This document shows positions 52,465-54,189 of a DNA stretch of 54,189 bases, piece by piece. Made by a program: the position numbers and the translations under genes. The DNA is taken from the NCBI GenBank assembly GCA_964613075.1, contig CAZTFV010000002.1:1-54189 (forward strand), in the 5' to 3' direction. The notes beneath the pieces were generated by a model. It made no database searches, had not been told where the DNA came from, and worked only from the letters and a program-made list of their open reading frames with translations. This stretch comes from an uncultured Gammaproteobacteria bacterium. Its GTDB lineage: Bacteria; Patescibacteriota; Microgenomatia; Levybacterales; UBA12049. Numbering within the stretch: the first letter of the stretch is position 1; each line of letters starts with the position of its first letter.

Positions 52465-53579
52465 GGTCTGTGTAGTAATACAACTCCCAATCCAATAATA
52501 AGCGTCACAAACGTCAAGACTATTTTAAGAAGCGGAGTAAAGCCAAAATAATTTCCTGTCAGCATGAAAGGGATATATCGAAGGAGAAGACTGAATGAAA
52601 ATAACAGGGAAATAAGCAAAAGGCGTTTGTTCTCAGGGATCAGAAATGTAAAAGATAAAAACCAGATAGCATACCAGGGATATATTTCCTCACGAAAAGC
52701 TGATAGAAAAAAGATAAAATACATTGATAAACAGGAATAAAAGTACATGTTGTCTTTCTTAATCTTCTGCGTAAGAAGAGTTCTCCAAATCACATAAACA
52801 AAAACTGGCAAAAGAAAAATTGTCGCAAATTTAATAAATACTGAAGGCATGAAAAAGATGAGGGCAAGTAAAATTCGTCTGTTCATTAACAGATATAAGG
52901 CCAACAAGGCAAAAAACATCATGACAATATCGTTGTGTCCGCCTATGAGTGTTTCAATCACAATTAACGGATTCAGGCCGAATAACACAACTGATAGTAC
53001 ACTGTTTGTCATTCTCCAAATAAGGTATGTTGTCGCTACATAGAAAAGTGCCGTAAATAACTTAAAACCAAAAAGTATCAAAAGGAAATTTCCAAAACCG
53101 AGAAAATACGGCATTCCCGTAAGAAGTATCCACGCCGGTCCATAGAGCGCTACTTTGTTCGCCGCGCGCGTAAAGGCGAGCATCGGCTCGCCTAAAAACT
53201 CAATCGGCATCACAATATACGGATTTTCCTTATAGAAAAAGAGTACCTTTGACGTTGCGATATAGTTGAAAATGTCATAGGAAAGCATTGCGGGATAAGA
53301 AAAAAACAATATGCCAATGGTTATCCCAATGAGTATTTTCACCTCTTTTAAACCGAGCTGTTTTTTATGTAGAAGACGAAGAAACGTAAGGTAGTAAGCA
53401 AATGACAAAAAAATGATAACAACAAATACCGTTGTCGTTATTGTCCTTTCTTGAAAGGCAAAACCTGTATAGAGTTTTTTAAGATAAAACAAGTTCGGAT
53501 CAATAAAAGCATAAGAAAATAACGTCACAAAAAACAAGAAGATTGCGTAGCTTACAAATAATGTTGGCTTTACAAGCAT
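52440..53579 (-). CDS. Polytopic membrane protein, GT-C-like candidate (MptB/PimE/DUF2029-like)
   Basis: 379 aa, almost entirely hydrophobic. Loop motif YDIFNYIATSKVLFFYKENPY resembles the D..Y......NPY loop of polyprenyl-phosphate-mannose-dependent mannosyltransferases. Confidence 0.45.
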   Translation of the reverse strand: MLVKPTLFVSYAIFLFFVTLFSYAFIDPNLFYLKKLYTGFAFQERTITTTVFVVIIFLSFAYYLTFLRLLHKKQLGLKEVKILIGITIGILFFSYPAMLSYDIFNYIATSKVLFFYKENPYIVMPIEFLGEPMLAFTRAANKVALYGPAWILLTGMPYFLGFGNFLLILFGFKLFTALFYVATTYLIWRMTNSVLSVVLFGLNPLIVIETLIGGHNDIVMMFFALLALYLLMNRRILLALIFFMPSVFIKFATIFLLPVFVYVIWRTLLTQKIKKDNMYFYSCLSMYFIFFLSAFREEIYPWYAIWFLSFTFLIPENKRLLLISLLFSFSLLLRYIPFMLTGNYFGFTPLLKIVLTFVTLIIGLGVVLLHRPWRKVYFR

Positions 53580-54097
53580 GATTGTCGGATCATAATCGCG
53601 TTACTGATGTCATTTCCTATATCAAGAATCGACGCTTGTGTTTTCTCAGGCTGCCAGACAAAAGCTTCCGGTACTTGAGCTTTTACTGCTTCCAACACCT
53701 CGATATGCTTTCTTGCGGCTTCTTTAAACAAGGATTTTTTATCTCTGATGTTTTTTTGCTCTACCTTTGCTATCTCCAAACTTCCTTGTGCATTATTGAA
53801 ATATATATCAGATTTTTTTAGCGCATTTTCTGCAAGAAGATACTGCTTATATTCAAAAAGAGTTTTTGCCTCAACAAGATATTTATCGGATTGTTCGAGA
53901 TTGTACCGGAACTGACTCAAGCTTCCAAAATACCAATACTTCATGAGCTCATCCCACAAAACAAAAGCCTTATACAATCTACTTCCCGGCATTTCAGAGG
54001 GATATGGGAGCACGTACGTTGGTTCAGCAAATACCGTTTGTGTTGAAGATACAATAAATAAAAGAATTGCAATAAGAACCCATGCGCCTCCTCTCAT
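53570..54097 (-). CDS. Secreted DUF5667-like protein; distant paralog of 24920..25450
   Basis: Signal peptide MRGGAWVLIAILLFIVSSTQTVFA, then LPYPSEMPGSRLYKAFVLWDELMKY and a helical K/E-rich region. Confidence 0.55.
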   Translation of the reverse strand: MRGGAWVLIAILLFIVSSTQTVFAEPTYVLPYPSEMPGSRLYKAFVLWDELMKYWYFGSLSQFRYNLEQSDKYLVEAKTLFEYKQYLLAENALKKSDIYFNNAQGSLEIAKVEQKNIRDKKSLFKEAARKHIEVLEAVKAQVPEAFVWQPEKTQASILDIGNDISNAIMIRQSCL

Positions 54098-54106
54098 TTT
54101 TAATTT

Positions 54107-54189
54107 TTATTTTTTAATTTTTAATTTTTTTCTGTGCCACTCCCATGCTGTAACGACAATTGTCTCAAGGTCCGAATATTTGGGAGCAA
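54107..54189 (-). CDS. 3' end (26 codons) of an SDR, probably a UDP-glucose 4-epimerase (GalE)-like gene that continues beyond the window
   Basis: The minus frame starting at 54187 reads APKYSDLETIVVTAWEWHRKKLKIKK-stop (TAA at 54107-54109). ..P.Y.DLE.I...AW.WH is a typical GalE C-terminus. Another minus frame is also open for 22 codons, so the call rests on the motif only. Confidence 0.4.
   Translation of the reverse strand, partial: APKYSDLETIVVTAWEWHRKKLKIKK

Noticed and set aside
54098-54131. AT-only repeats (ttttaattttta-type) near the right edge as a repeat element or promoter
   Set aside because: Most of it is better explained as the Lys-rich tail and stop of the GalE-like CDS (KKLKIKK-stop). 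Only 9 nt of true intergenic sequence remain before the next gene, which is too short and too simple to call.
1-54189. Alternative genetic code (UGA recoded, as in some CPR lineages)
   Set aside because: TGA terminates several ORFs exactly where family length predicts (326, 10533, 25450, 42808). No ORF needs read-through of TGA to reach normal length.
1-54189. Mobile genetic elements, integrases, toxin-antitoxin pairs, or phage or defence islands
   Set aside because: No transposase, integrase, recombinase, nuclease-toxin or phage structural motifs were seen in any of the six frames. Every sizeable ORF is accounted for by glycan-related or membrane functions.

Overview
AT-rich bacterial window filled almost entirely with glycan biosynthesis genes (about 46 CDS). 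I found no rRNA, tRNA, CRISPR array, transposase or integrase. Standard code fits, because TGA ends ORFs at sensible lengths. The gene content (DUF5667-like secreted proteins, many GT-C-like membrane proteins, very tight packing) suggests a Patescibacteria/CPR-like genome; this is inference only.

Layout:
- a 5'-truncated rmlC at the left edge (+);
- a minus-strand array 9522->313 with two GT-C-like membrane proteins, a further polytopic membrane protein of unknown function (7510..9522), three SAM methyltransferases and a GT2;
- a plus-strand four-gene operon 9691..13845: split transketolase N and C subunits, an ArnC/GtrB-like polyprenyl-phosphate GT2, and a GT-C-like membrane protein;
- a converging minus-strand array 23191->13848: GT-C, Dpm1-like GT2, sulfotransferase-like, APH-fold kinase, RmlB-like dehydratase, HD/histidine-phosphatase fusion, SDR, and a second split transketolase pair;
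- a small plus/minus island 23227..26510: membrane-anchored purple-acid-phosphatase-like esterase, Dpm1-like GT2, DUF5667-like protein, SDR;
- a 25-gene minus-strand array from the right edge down to 26507 with no intergenic gap above 15 nt. It contains a UDP-L-FucNAc pathway (CapE/FnlA, a split CapF/FnlB, CapG/FnlC), a CDP-paratose-2-epimerase-like SDR, three GT4s, four GT2s, a Wzx-like flippase, three methyltransferases, a GH130/GH43-like beta-propeller and five large GT-C-like membrane proteins, one carrying a discoidin domain.

Most notable observations:
- the density of GT-C-like proteins (about nine candidates, plus the unknown polytopic protein 7510..9522) alongside four polyprenyl-phosphate-sugar synthase-like GT2s, suggesting assembly of a complex methylated glycan or lipoglycan on the outer face of the membrane;
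- two diverged split-transketolase pairs embedded in sugar-modification operons;
- an HD plus histidine-phosphatase fusion with atypical composition;
- a GC-rich four-hairpin element (327..450) with UUCG and GUAA tetraloops in minus-strand sense;
- promoters placed so that transcripts would be leaderless or nearly so.

Family assignments come from motifs read by eye. No database search was run.
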